This document shows, piece by piece, positions 46,317-56,115 of a DNA stretch of 64,000 nucleotides. The notes below the pieces were generated by a model, which ran no database searches, was not told where the DNA came from, and saw only the letters and a list, made by a program, of their open reading frames with translations. The stretch is from a virus. The translations under genes and the position numbers were made by a program. The DNA lies in IMG/VR virus record IMGVR_UViG_3300029286_002355, positions 32,001 to 96,000 of that record. One strand, written 5' to 3'. Numbering within the stretch: position 1 is the stretch's first letter; every line of letters begins with the position of its first letter.

Positions 46317-48299
46317 TCATTTCTTCCCCTTATACTCTAAGTATTTTCCGTGATAATCTTCATAAATTACTTCTTCGGAAGATTGCGCCTCTCCAATTTC
46401 AAGACCGTTTTCCTTACAAAGGATTACGAAATCAGCAGGAGAAATACTGTCAAAAGTCAAAAGCTGGTCAACCGTAGCTTTTAAAATCTGACTATTCCTA
46501 GTTAAAATATCATTGGCATCACTTCTGCATTTTTTCATAATGGTTTCAATAAGATTGTTTGTCCCTTCCACATCATTATTCAATAACTCCATTTCTGTGG
46601 AAACCGTGGAATCATAATTGCTCATGGCCCACTTACGAATCATACTTCCTGCACGTTCAGTCGCATGCATTAAATCGGATTCGTTCCCATTGGTTACAGT
46701 ATCGCTACCAAAAATAATGCGTTCCGCTTCTGTCCCAGCAAGAAGAACCGTGATTTTCTTAAGAAGCATACTTTTGGAGTTACATGTGCTTAGCGTATAA
46801 ACAAAACCTTCGGCCTCATTAGAAGCAGGGGTAGCCATAATTTGACTGGGCGACATTTTAAAAAGATAAGCAAATGCTACGGCGTGTCCTCCTTCATGAA
46901 CCGCCGACATTGCCCTTCTGTTATTGTTTTGCCCACGTTCTTTCTTGAGCTTGTCTAGAGTCCCCATGTAGGGAGATTTGATAACAGCTTCACCAATTTC
47001 AACTTCTATTTTTTCAGTCTTATAACTAAGCTTCACCATGGTCTTTTCGTTTATAATTGCTTCCAAAAGAAAGTTCGGCAAAAGTGTTTCGAGAATTTCT
47101 GATATGGTTGAAAATACAGGCCGGGTTCCTTGAGTGGGGAAAACGCCATTGTCATAAATCAACTTATTAATTGATTTATCTACAACCAAATCAATTCCCG
47201 CCGTAGCCTTAACCCTCTCGATGATCCCTGCGATTTTTCTTTCAATAATCACTTCAAAAGAATTTTTGCTGAGAGAGGGGTAAATGATATGACAGTTTCC
47301 CATACGAGAAATTTGTTCGGGGCGAAACCTTTTTGATAACGCTGCTTTAATATCCAAAATGTTAATCTTTTTAGACATATTGTGTAGGATATCGGCATCT
47401 ACATCAACTTCTTTTGAATCCTTTGTAAATCCGTAAGCATCATCTAAGTTGCCAGAAATAAAGATGAGACATTTCGTGTAATCTTCTTCTTCATAAATAG
47501 ATTTACTGGCTAACCTTTCCATAATAATTTCTTTCTTCTTAGTATCTGTCCAAAGAGCTATTTCCTCAAGCGATTCATTAAGACGAAGTAAACTTTTGAA
47601 ATAATTAAGCTGGTAAAAATTGAATTTACCATCATCGTCATCCTTAAAATAGGGTTTGGTCTTTATATCTGGAGAATCAAAAAGATCACTGTCATCATCA
47701 TCGTCATCTGATAAATCTTGACCAGACACTCTGGAAGTTACCGGAACTCTTGCTATGACATCCTTTTTCTGATAATCCCATAACATATTCATAAGACTCT
47801 CCACTTCTACTTGAAACGGAAGCTTGCCATCACTTAGAAGAGTCCAAACGTCCTTGAACTTGTAATCGTGGATATCTTGTCCCTGTTCATCAATAGTTCT
47901 AAATCCCTGAACTTCGTCTAACAATATAATGGCCGGACTACCAGATTGGATATTCGTATTCTGTCTAAGAATAGCTGCAACACTAGGACTCCAAGGATAA
48001 GTTGAACATCCTTTGTTGGAAATAATAATCTCACAAAACTTGTCTGGAAATCCAAGAATTTTAACCAATCTACGAACCAAATCTGTCTTGCCCACTCCGG
48101 TTGGTCCAAAAAGACATACAATAGCAGGACGAGTAAGAAGCTCAGGAAGGCAATACCACGTTTCAATGTTCTTGATGATCTTATCAATAATATCATCCAG
48201 TCCAACAAAATGAGCCTTCAGTTCTATTGCTGCCTTATCTAGAGTTGCCTTACGTTCTTTAATTCTATCAGCCAATTTTTTGATATCAAGTTTATCCAT
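46317..48299 (-). CDS. AAA+ ATPase (Clp-like) fused to a peptidase M41-like domain
   Basis: GPTGVGKT, LLDEV, RFRPEQISR; C-terminal VHEGGH (HExxH), LLAGTEAE, NGNESDL. Confidence 0.82.
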   Translation of the reverse strand: MDKLDIKKLADRIKERKATLDKAAIELKAHFVGLDDIIDKIIKNIETWYCLPELLTRPAIVCLFGPTGVGKTDLVRRLVKILGFPDKFCEIIISNKGCSTYPWSPSVAAILRQNTNIQSGSPAIILLDEVQGFRTIDEQGQDIHDYKFKDVWTLLSDGKLPFQVEVESLMNMLWDYQKKDVIARVPVTSRVSGQDLSDDDDDDSDLFDSPDIKTKPYFKDDDDGKFNFYQLNYFKSLLRLNESLEEIALWTDTKKKEIIMERLASKSIYEEEDYTKCLIFISGNLDDAYGFTKDSKEVDVDADILHNMSKKINILDIKAALSKRFRPEQISRMGNCHIIYPSLSKNSFEVIIERKIAGIIERVKATAGIDLVVDKSINKLIYDNGVFPTQGTRPVFSTISEILETLLPNFLLEAIINEKTMVKLSYKTEKIEVEIGEAVIKSPYMGTLDKLKKERGQNNNRRAMSAVHEGGHAVAFAYLFKMSPSQIMATPASNEAEGFVYTLSTCNSKSMLLKKITVLLAGTEAERIIFGSDTVTNGNESDLMHATERAGSMIRKWAMSNYDSTVSTEMELLNNDVEGTNNLIETIMKKCRSDANDILTRNSQILKATVDQLLTFDSISPADFVILCKENGLEIGEAQSSEEVIYEDYHGKYLEYKGKK

Positions 48300-48310
48300 A
48301 TACTCCTTGT

Positions 48311-49156
48311 TTATCGTTCCAGTTTCTGAACGTAATAAAATCTGTAAAATGATCCATATTTAGTCCCGCTTCTACCCCTAAGAAACCCAGTAACTTCTGT
48401 GTATGTGTTACTATGTGGAAAATAAAAGTCACATTTGCATCTTCCTAAGCCATACATCTTATTATGTTCGAAGATTTTCCCTTCTGTCTTATATTTTAGA
48501 TACATATAAGCTTCTGCAACAGAATGGCAGAATGTTCCATCTTGAAGGACGATACCCTGAGAACAAAGGGGGCAAGAACTTGTTGTGTTCCTGTGGTATA
48601 TCTTTGCTTCGTATTCATGCCCGTTTGGACAGATCCACCAAACTTTATACTTGCTGTTGGGAAGAACGCCATATGGAGTTATGCCTTTATTTCTGGTTGG
48701 ATGCCATTCTTTTGTCAACTCTGGATTTTGAGTCGCCAGACAGTTATCTATACATGCCATATGATTTGAACAATACGGACATCCCCTAGTATTTTTGGTT
48801 CTGTTCCCGACAGAAGATTTCCACTGATGTCCCTTTGAGCATATCCATTTATATTTCTTGGAAGAAAACGGTAATACGTCATACGGACTACATTTATTTT
48901 CAAAAGACCACTCAAGTACTAGCTCTGGAAAAAGATTACCCAAACAATTTTCTAGGCTTACTATCTTATTTTCGCAATATGGACATCCATATCCACCATA
49001 TCTATTGTCTACTCTCGCCATCCAAGAATGACCACAACTGCATTTCCACCAAACCTTTTCTTTACTCCATACCGATATTTTAGATGGATCTAATTCATTT
49101 TTAGCATCATCCCAATCAATATATAACTTAGAATTCTTAACATATTCTCGTTTCAT
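48311..49156 (-). CDS. Zinc-ribbon-repeat (DUF4379-like) protein with PD-(D/E)xK-like nuclease, paralog of 19062-20030
   Basis: WWKCSCGHSW, CPYC repeats, LTKEWHPTRN; C-terminal HSVAEA..CDFYFP..YTEVTG; start MKREY after SD ggag. Confidence 0.75.
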   Translation of the reverse strand: MKREYVKNSKLYIDWDDAKNELDPSKISVWSKEKVWWKCSCGHSWMARVDNRYGGYGCPYCENKIVSLENCLGNLFPELVLEWSFENKCSPYDVLPFSSKKYKWICSKGHQWKSSVGNRTKNTRGCPYCSNHMACIDNCLATQNPELTKEWHPTRNKGITPYGVLPNSKYKVWWICPNGHEYEAKIYHRNTTSSCPLCSQGIVLQDGTFCHSVAEAYMYLKYKTEGKIFEHNKMYGLGRCKCDFYFPHSNTYTEVTGFLRGRSGTKYGSFYRFYYVQKLER

Positions 49157-49270
49157 TTTCGCAGTCTCCAAAAAAGTAGGCCCAAACCAATCACGAGACT
49201 GCGAAATCAAGAAGTGACCAGAATGGACCTACAAATTTTTCCTATTATATAAGTTTCGCAGTCTTATATA
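49157..49270 (-). ncRNA. Putative pseudoknot/switch leader RNA, copy 3
   Basis: AGACTGCGAAA (49254-49264) complementary to hairpin loop 49196-49206; identical 11-mer at 49157-49167 directly before ATG; stem 49224-49232/49176-49184 followed by U6. Confidence 0.65.
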
Positions 49271-49292
49271 ATATTTCTACGTAGAGACAGTT

Positions 49293-51311
49293 TCATCCTT
49301 CAATCAATTTCAGAAAATCTTCCTGAGTAATAATTGGGACATTTAGCTCAAGTGCTTTTTGGTATTTCCCTTTCATTGTCTCCCCATCAAAGACCAATGC
49401 CGTCAATTCTTTAGATACAGAAGCAAGTTTACCACCATTCTCTCCGACCATTCTTTCCATAGTATTTCTATCGGGCGAATCAAAGGAACCCGTGAAGCAG
49501 AACTTTTTCCCTGCCAATTTATTACTGGCCTGAGCAACCTTTTTAATGCTGACATACTTCAGAAGAAGCTTAATTTCTCCACGACGAGCTTTCCAAGAAG
49601 TAATGAAGCTGTTTGCCTTAGCTTGACCAAATCCGCTAATTTTCAAAAGATCGTCAACCGTCAATTTGTCAATATCATCAATGGAAGGAGCAATATCAGA
49701 AATGTCTTTTGCACTTGTCTGAATATTCTCAATTCCCAATGCCCGAATAAAAATAGGTAGCGAAACTTCCGTAACCGATTTAATACTTTCCAAAAGGTTA
49801 TCGTAAGTCTTCTGCCCCATTTGAGACTTAAGATATGCATACTTACGGAAAGGATGTTCTGTTGCCCTATCGTTATCAAGCATGTAATACATTTCAGCAA
49901 TATTGGAAACAATTTGCTTCTTGTCCCAAGCCATTTCCTCTTTATCGGTCAATTTTGAAATCGTCCCTGCCCCAAACCCCTTAACGCCAATTTCCTTGAA
50001 CCAATAATCAATCTTCTTGTTAAGCTGTGTCGAGCAATTGTAATTCTTGCAAACCAATTCAACCTTGTTATCATCCCAATCAATTGCCTCTCCGCAAGCA
50101 GGACATTTGGTGGGGATATCAATGGTCTTATTTCCCATCTTCTTTACTTTAACGATTTGGGGAATGATATCGCCCTTCTTCGCAATTAAAACGATACTGC
50201 CAATCTTAATTGCGTCTTTACCAACCAACGCCCCAAAATTATGAAGCGTAGCCCTTGTCATCATGGCTCCACCCAATTCAACGGGCTTCAGAATTCCAAC
50301 AGGCGTAAGCTTACCTGTTCTACCAACTCCAACTTCAACGCCAATCAATTCCGTCTCTTTTTGTTCGGGCGGAAATTTTACAGCACGATTTGATTTAGGC
50401 TTTCGTCCACCTGCAACAGAGCCCATTTTCTTTGCCTTTTTAATATCGTTTAACTTAACCACGATTCCGTCAATATCATAATGGAGCATATTTCTATCAA
50501 TCGCATCCATGTAATATTGAACAGCCTTGGCAATTTCAGCATATCCAATCCCAGTTTTGGTTCTTTTGGTTGATTTGATAAGAGTGGGAAAACCCAGCTT
50601 ATCCAAAAACTCATTCTTCTCAACTTCCGTATCAAAATCGTGTCGGCAAATTTCATAAGCAACAAATCGAAGCCCCTTCTTGCGGGTTTCTTCGGGGTCT
50701 TTTTCGTTCATGGCTCCCGCTGTAAAGTTTCTCGGATTCTTGTATTCTCCACCAACCGAAGTATGCCATTTCTTATAAAAGTCCTGTCGGTTCTTATGGC
50801 ACTCTCCACGAACTTCAATCTCGTCCTTAAAGGGGATCGTATGTTGAACCCCTTCTACCGTCTTGGCCTTTTCGGTAACATCAATACCTGTAATTCCATC
50901 CCCTCTCGTAAGAGCTTGAACTAATTTACCGCCCTTATAAAGAAGACCAAGAGAAAGACCATCCACCTTATGTTGAAGAACGAAAGAGGCATCCTTTAGA
51001 TCGGGATATTGAGATCGAAGCCATTGTTCAAACTGTTCAACCGAAAGCGACTTACTAAGAGACCCCATAGTAACCTGATGGGGAACATCTTGCCCCTGAA
51101 TGGCATCTACGGCAATACCACCTACTTCATTGAAAAAGTCATTGCCGGGTTCCAAAGCTTCGCATTCGTAATACTCCTGATCGTAGTCTTTGTCGGAAAT
51201 AGGCGAATCTCCATTGGACTCATAACGTTCGGCGCAATAACGCAAAAATCCGATACGATCACCAATTAGGGCCGACTTATCAACTTTCTTTTGCTTCGAG
51301 AAATCTTTCAT
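49293..51311 (-). CDS. ligA: NAD-dependent DNA ligase
   Basis: KVDGLS, EVRGE, NPRNFTAG, DGIVVK, VGRTGKLTP, RATLHN, CPACG Zn finger, C-terminal BRCT (FCFTG); SD aaggag. Confidence 0.96.
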   Translation of the reverse strand: MKDFSKQKKVDKSALIGDRIGFLRYCAERYESNGDSPISDKDYDQEYYECEALEPGNDFFNEVGGIAVDAIQGQDVPHQVTMGSLSKSLSVEQFEQWLRSQYPDLKDASFVLQHKVDGLSLGLLYKGGKLVQALTRGDGITGIDVTEKAKTVEGVQHTIPFKDEIEVRGECHKNRQDFYKKWHTSVGGEYKNPRNFTAGAMNEKDPEETRKKGLRFVAYEICRHDFDTEVEKNEFLDKLGFPTLIKSTKRTKTGIGYAEIAKAVQYYMDAIDRNMLHYDIDGIVVKLNDIKKAKKMGSVAGGRKPKSNRAVKFPPEQKETELIGVEVGVGRTGKLTPVGILKPVELGGAMMTRATLHNFGALVGKDAIKIGSIVLIAKKGDIIPQIVKVKKMGNKTIDIPTKCPACGEAIDWDDNKVELVCKNYNCSTQLNKKIDYWFKEIGVKGFGAGTISKLTDKEEMAWDKKQIVSNIAEMYYMLDNDRATEHPFRKYAYLKSQMGQKTYDNLLESIKSVTEVSLPIFIRALGIENIQTSAKDISDIAPSIDDIDKLTVDDLLKISGFGQAKANSFITSWKARRGEIKLLLKYVSIKKVAQASNKLAGKKFCFTGSFDSPDRNTMERMVGENGGKLASVSKELTALVFDGETMKGKYQKALELNVPIITQEDFLKLIEG

Positions 51312-51404
51312 AGTATCTCCTTTTACTTGCTTAATTATACAATCTTTTCCCATCGTCAATGAAGATACTGTAACAGAAATGCAGACAAAAAGCAAGCATA
51401 AAAG

Positions 51405-51446
51405 ATAAAAAGATTATCTATAAAACCTTACAGATAATCTTTTTAT
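51405..51446. terminator. 15-bp inverted repeat (terminator or operator)
   Basis: ATAAAAAGATTATCT-N12-AGATAATCTTTTTAT. Confidence 0.5.
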
Positions 51447-51496
51447 ATCCAGCTATATATCAACTACTTACTGCTTAAATTAGATTTTGATGTTTT

Positions 51497-51736
51497 TTAT
51501 AGTTTAACAAAAGATGGGCTCCACGGTTCTGTTTCTGATATTGTAAATGGTGTTTGGTTAATAAGTCCGCTTGTAAACTTTGAACTATCCATCTTTAACC
51601 TTGATTGCTTTTCTGCTTCCGCTATACTCCTTGCCCTGCTCACTATTCCTATTGTTATTACTGATTGGAAATAACTAATGTAATTATTAGGTTCTCCATC
51701 ATGTTTGATCTTTATCCGATTCCTAGTTACTGACAT
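51497..51736 (-). CDS. Hypothetical protein
   Basis: 79-aa ORF, SD aaggag. Confidence 0.65.
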   Translation of the reverse strand: MSVTRNRIKIKHDGEPNNYISYFQSVITIGIVSRARSIAEAEKQSRLKMDSSKFTSGLINQTPFTISETEPWSPSFVKL

Positions 51737-51820
51737 AATCCTATCTCCTTTATTTTCTTGCTACTTCCTAATACTATTGTAATTGAAAACCGGAAAAAAT
51801 CAACTACTTTTTAGTATTTT

Positions 51821-53536
51821 TTAACAAGGGATTATGTCCACTACCGTAAGTTCAAATTTAGAATAAGGCATACTAGAATTGGGAAGACGCTGAGGAAATG
51901 AAAACATAATGTTAACCTTTTTCCCTTCCATTTCGGTTCCACATAGAGCATGAAATGTTTTGAAGGTGTAAGGTATTTTTGTCCCATTTTTTTCAACATT
52001 AAACTTCATTAAACGCCAACCCTTATTCTTGTCAAGAAAAGATATATCTGTAATAATTGCATTGGATAACATAAAAATAGGTTCGTTGTTATTTTCGTCA
52101 CAATATGGATAAAGATGTTGACACAAAACTTTTGCCGTTTTAGGGGTTATAGCATCTACAGTTAATTTACCATCGTAATACTGAATAGGATCTTCCGTGA
52201 TGTGGTGCCTGTCATAAATGGTTTTACATGCCTTGTTAAATATTTTATTTGCTTTTTTAAGACAATTTATCTTTAAGGTAACTCCTGCCGCCGAAGCATG
52301 ACCCCCATAAGTTTCAAATATTTCAGGGCATTCATCGAGAATTTCTTTTAAATTAACGCCGGGGATAGTCCTGCCACTTCCTTTCCAAACACCGTTATGT
52401 TTCCCTACAACAATAGAAGGTTTTTTGTAAAGATCAACTAATCGGGCGGCTACAATACCTACTACTCCAATATGCCACTGATCATTGGAAATTAATATTC
52501 CGTGAGAAAAACTTCCATTGCCCATCTCTACAATTGCCTTGGCTTCTATCTCTATTTGTTTTTGAACATCTTTTCTTTCATCATTATAGGCCAAAATATA
52601 TCCTGCCATTTTATCAGCAGAGGCCATATCTCGTTCTACCATTAAGCCAAAGACAAGATCGGGATGAAACATTCTACCAACCGCATTTATTTTGGGAGCT
52701 ATTTGGAACGATATATCTTCTTGGGTTACAGAAGATGAATTTATTCTGGACTGTTTCAAAAGAGCAGTTAATCCAGAAGCGACAACGTTATTCAGTGCAT
52801 ATTCGGTCAATCCGTTTTTAACTATGATTCTATTGTCACCAATGATAGGGCTGCAATCGGCTATGGTTCCTATTGCGGATAACGATAAGTATTCTATTGG
52901 ATTAACTTTTTTCGTAAACCATCGAACTCCTCTTATAAATTGGAACATTTCTCCGCAAGTACACATTTCACAATTTCCGCCCAAATGCCAAGATATTATC
53001 GCATCGGCATTGTTTACAGCATCTTTATTAACCGAATGGTGATCAATTATAATAATTTTGCATCCAAACAAAGATTTAAGTTCTTCTATTTCCTTAACAC
53101 TATTCGTTCCACAATCGAGCACAAACAACAGGTTTATTTTCTTATCCTTGTTCTTATTTTTAATTTCCTCAAGAGACCTATGGTTTAGTCCGTATCCGTG
53201 ATCTAATCTTGACGGCAGCAAACAATTACATTCAACCCCAAAAGTTTTGCATAATTCCATAAGCATCACGCTAGATAGAATTCCGTCCACGTCGTAATCT
53301 CCCCATGAAGCAACAGATCCCTTATTATTTACCACTTCTAAGAATATTTCAACAGCCTTTTCTACGTCGTGTAATGAAAATGGGTGAGAAAGGTCATTAT
53401 ATTTTGCAGATAAAAAAACATCAACGTCAACGGCGGCAACATTCCTCTGAGCAATAAGTCGGGCCAACATTTTATGATAGCCGCACTGAATCAATTCTTG
53501 CTCTTTCGCTTTATCGTATGGTCTTTGTTTCCACAT
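51821..53536 (-). CDS. recJ: ssDNA-specific exonuclease RecJ (DHH family)
   Basis: GDYDVDG, VLDCG, IDHH, GTIAD, APKINAVGR, GSGR, GGHASAAG. Confidence 0.95.
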   Translation of the reverse strand: MWKQRPYDKAKEQELIQCGYHKMLARLIAQRNVAAVDVDVFLSAKYNDLSHPFSLHDVEKAVEIFLEVVNNKGSVASWGDYDVDGILSSVMLMELCKTFGVECNCLLPSRLDHGYGLNHRSLEEIKNKNKDKKINLLFVLDCGTNSVKEIEELKSLFGCKIIIIDHHSVNKDAVNNADAIISWHLGGNCEMCTCGEMFQFIRGVRWFTKKVNPIEYLSLSAIGTIADCSPIIGDNRIIVKNGLTEYALNNVVASGLTALLKQSRINSSSVTQEDISFQIAPKINAVGRMFHPDLVFGLMVERDMASADKMAGYILAYNDERKDVQKQIEIEAKAIVEMGNGSFSHGILISNDQWHIGVVGIVAARLVDLYKKPSIVVGKHNGVWKGSGRTIPGVNLKEILDECPEIFETYGGHASAAGVTLKINCLKKANKIFNKACKTIYDRHHITEDPIQYYDGKLTVDAITPKTAKVLCQHLYPYCDENNNEPIFMLSNAIITDISFLDKNKGWRLMKFNVEKNGTKIPYTFKTFHALCGTEMEGKKVNIMFSFPQRLPNSSMPYSKFELTVVDIIPC

Positions 53537-54629
53537 ATTTATTATGTCCTAAGAATTCTGCCCATCCATTCCATTCATTTTTGTAAACTTTTTGTGGATT
53601 TATAGGAATATGACAATAGCCCTTGGATCTTATATGTTTTTTCCATTCGCTATCATTTTTTAAATGTAATGATATGGCTAACGTCCTTGCTTTTTTCATT
53701 GAAACAAACTTAGTTTTCAAATAATTGCTTTTTATTTCTCCAATACCATCAAATCGTTTATATTTTTCAACCAATTTCAGATTGCTTTCATTATACATAT
53801 ACTTCTTTAGTCTTCTAGCGTCGTTTATTCCACAAGTGAGTTGATAGTTCCATGCCGTATGTCTAAAACAAACCCCATTTACGGTTTTATCTTTTTCTTT
53901 TTCTTTTCTTCGCCTGATATATCCATAAAACCCATCTATGTTTTCCCTAAGAATATTTAAAAGACCATAAATAAAAATTTTGCTGCCAGAAGTGAAATTT
54001 GCGACATAATTAATTTTTTGTATTCCACTTTCTTTTGTTCTTCTAGCATCTTTGGACATGCAAATACAACCATCGCCATCAAAATAACCTCTTACAAAAT
54101 CTGGCAAAAGATTTTTTGGAATTTTAGGAAACGTTACATCTAAGCTCTTTCTTTCTTTTCCGCCTAAGGAAACTATATCATTCACAATTTCTCTAGATTG
54201 TATTTCAAACTGGCATACTCCCCATTTTCTTACCTTAATTGGGTAATTAGATCTCATGACTCTAAGTATTTTTTGTAAAATATATTTTCTGGGTTTCCCT
54301 TGCGATATACAAAATTTATCTTTATATATCCATCCGTCTGCCCACCAAAAACCCAATATATAAGCCATATCGTGCGACCATGTTTTAAAGAAATTATGGT
54401 TGGCATCATACTTTCTACATGTTTTTCTCTCTCCACCTAGCCAATCTCTCATCCCTTTCCAATCTTTTCCATACACTTTACGGGGAACAGATGGAATTTT
54501 CTCATTAAAACTTTTACTTTTTCTCCAATCCCTTAACTCATCTTGGTTCTGCAATCTCAATTTTCTAACAAATCTTCTAGCTCGTTCAAAATTCCAAAAC
54601 CTACTCTTTATCTTGTTTCTTTTTACCAT
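53511..54629 (-). CDS. LAGLIDADG homing endonuclease with terminal repeat domains
   Basis: AYILGFWWADG and FVRGYFDGDG; related N- and C-terminal repeats (F..AR......L.....W....IP..P.KVY...W.G..-WLG). Confidence 0.9.
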   Translation of the reverse strand: MVKRNKIKSRFWNFERARRFVRKLRLQNQDELRDWRKSKSFNEKIPSVPRKVYGKDWKGMRDWLGGERKTCRKYDANHNFFKTWSHDMAYILGFWWADGWIYKDKFCISQGKPRKYILQKILRVMRSNYPIKVRKWGVCQFEIQSREIVNDIVSLGGKERKSLDVTFPKIPKNLLPDFVRGYFDGDGCICMSKDARRTKESGIQKINYVANFTSGSKIFIYGLLNILRENIDGFYGYIRRRKEKEKDKTVNGVCFRHTAWNYQLTCGINDARRLKKYMYNESNLKLVEKYKRFDGIGEIKSNYLKTKFVSMKKARTLAISLHLKNDSEWKKHIRSKGYCHIPINPQKVYKNEWNGWAEFLGHNKYVETKTIR

Positions 54630-54777
54630 TTGTTAACTCCCCATAAGTGTTCCTAATGAATTTTCTTATGAATTTAGACATATTAACACAGTGGTCGTTT
54701 CTAAGAAATTCAACCATGTTGTTTTCTTCTTTGGTAATTCTAACACAAATGCTATGATTTTTAATGTCTTCTTTCAT
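54601..54777 (-). pseudogene. Ribbon-helix-helix protein, frameshifted near 54718
   Basis: MKEDIKNHSICVRITKEENK / MVEFLRNDHCVNMSKFIRKFIRNTY; SD gagg. Confidence 0.55.
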
Positions 54778-54830
54778 AATTTTACCTCACTTATGTGATT
54801 CTATAAATGTAATGCAAATTCCTGCTTTTA

Positions 54831-54878
54831 TTATACGTTTTCTTCCTTAGCTTTGTCGTATGTTTTTAATTGCCACAT
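54831..54878 (-). pseudogene. Orphaned duplicate of the recJ 5' end
   Basis: MWQLKTYDKAKEENV* versus RecJ MWKQRPYDKAKEQEL; ATG 6 nt after TATAAT. Confidence 0.7.
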
Positions 54879-54922
54879 GGAGATATTATACAGTAATTTG
54901 AAAGGATATTCTGCGTAGTTTT

Positions 54923-55741
54923 ATGAAAGAATATCTAACTATGAAAATTAAATTATCCAAATCTCAGTGGGAATCAATGGGAAAGCAAGCGGGTTGGATG
55001 CAAAAAAAATCTCAAAATACTAGAGAATTTTATCACGGAACCAGCTCTGGCCCAAATAATGAAAAAGTTATATCGTTTAAAAACGGGATAAACCAATCTG
55101 TCGCTCAAGGATATGGTCAGGGATCTGGCTTTTATGTGTGGTTGAATAAAAATAACGCCATTAATCATTCTCAAGAATTTTCTAAGGGTGGGTATCCAAT
55201 GATCGTTTCTATTCAAGCAGAATTATCTCCTCAAAATTTTGATTTGGATCACGAGGTTATGTCTTCAATGACTGGACAATTCATATACGACACATGGGAC
55301 AACTTATTTAAGAGAATTCCTGAAAATTATGTAAGTGTAGAAAGAGGTACGCTAAATATTAATAAAAGTAGAAAAGTAGTAGAAAGTAATGTGATGGTTT
55401 TTAGCTTTGGCAATGGAGGAACTAAAGCGTTAAGACCGTCAACAGAATCAGATATAGGAGCTGGAGAAATATTTGGGTCTATTTTCAACGCTATTCAAAA
55501 ACTGTTCCCGCAACAAACATCGGATTTTGAATTAAAAGCATTTAGCCAAGTGGTGAACAATACTAACGCAGCTTTAAAATATGTTGGTAGCCAAACGTTA
55601 ATCCCGTCAAAAATTGAATGTTTTATAAATAATCAGTGGATTGACGTTACAAACCAAAATATGCCTCAACAGGTTCAATCGCAACCAACACAACCAGCAC
55701 AATCTAACCCATTAGCACCCACTACGCCACCAACAACTTAA
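54923..55741 (+). CDS. Putative ADP-ribosyltransferase-domain protein
   Basis: FYHGTSS and GQGSGFYV resemble the H-Y ART motifs; N-terminal KLSKSQWESMGKQAGW; P/Q/T-rich tail. Start may be 54941. Confidence 0.55.
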   Translation: MKEYLTMKIKLSKSQWESMGKQAGWMQKKSQNTREFYHGTSSGPNNEKVISFKNGINQSVAQGYGQGSGFYVWLNKNNAINHSQEFSKGGYPMIVSIQAELSPQNFDLDHEVMSSMTGQFIYDTWDNLFKRIPENYVSVERGTLNINKSRKVVESNVMVFSFGNGGTKALRPSTESDIGAGEIFGSIFNAIQKLFPQQTSDFELKAFSQVVNNTNAALKYVGSQTLIPSKIECFINNQWIDVTNQNMPQQVQSQPTQPAQSNPLAPTTPPTT

Positions 55742-55770
55742 TTTTACGGTATAAATTTATTTCTCTTGAC

Positions 55771-55986
55771 CTAAATACAATTCTTTTTATAAACTTTAAT
55801 AATGGCTTTTTTGTATTGCGATAATTGTGGCTCTAACCCATAAGTAGCAATAATATGTGGTTTTTTATTTAAGATATCAATCGAATCGGAAAATCTTATT
55901 TCTATAAAATTAGCTGATTCTAAATCATTAATCATATTTCCCTGTAGTTCTGTTGCGACCCTATATTGATCTATTTTCTTCTTCAT
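55771..55986 (-). CDS. Hypothetical protein
   Basis: 71-aa ORF, SD aaagga. Confidence 0.55.
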   Translation of the reverse strand: MKKKIDQYRVATELQGNMINDLESANFIEIRFSDSIDILNKKPHIIATYGLEPQLSQYKKAIIKVYKKNCI

Positions 55987-56115
55987 AATTATTCCTTTAT
56001 TTTATAACTTCAATACGTGTTTACAAAAATTACTTTATGGAGATATTATACAGTAATTTCTATATTGCTATCAATTTTATCATTCCGTGTATGTTTTGTG
56101 TTGTATAATGTAAGA

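Noticed and set aside
53511-54899. LAGLIDADG insertions at recJ and the HAD gene as self-splicing introns
   Set aside because: No room for an intron core at the 3' side (endonuclease ORF overlaps the new start) and the downstream genes have their own ATG and SD; RT-PCR would settle it.
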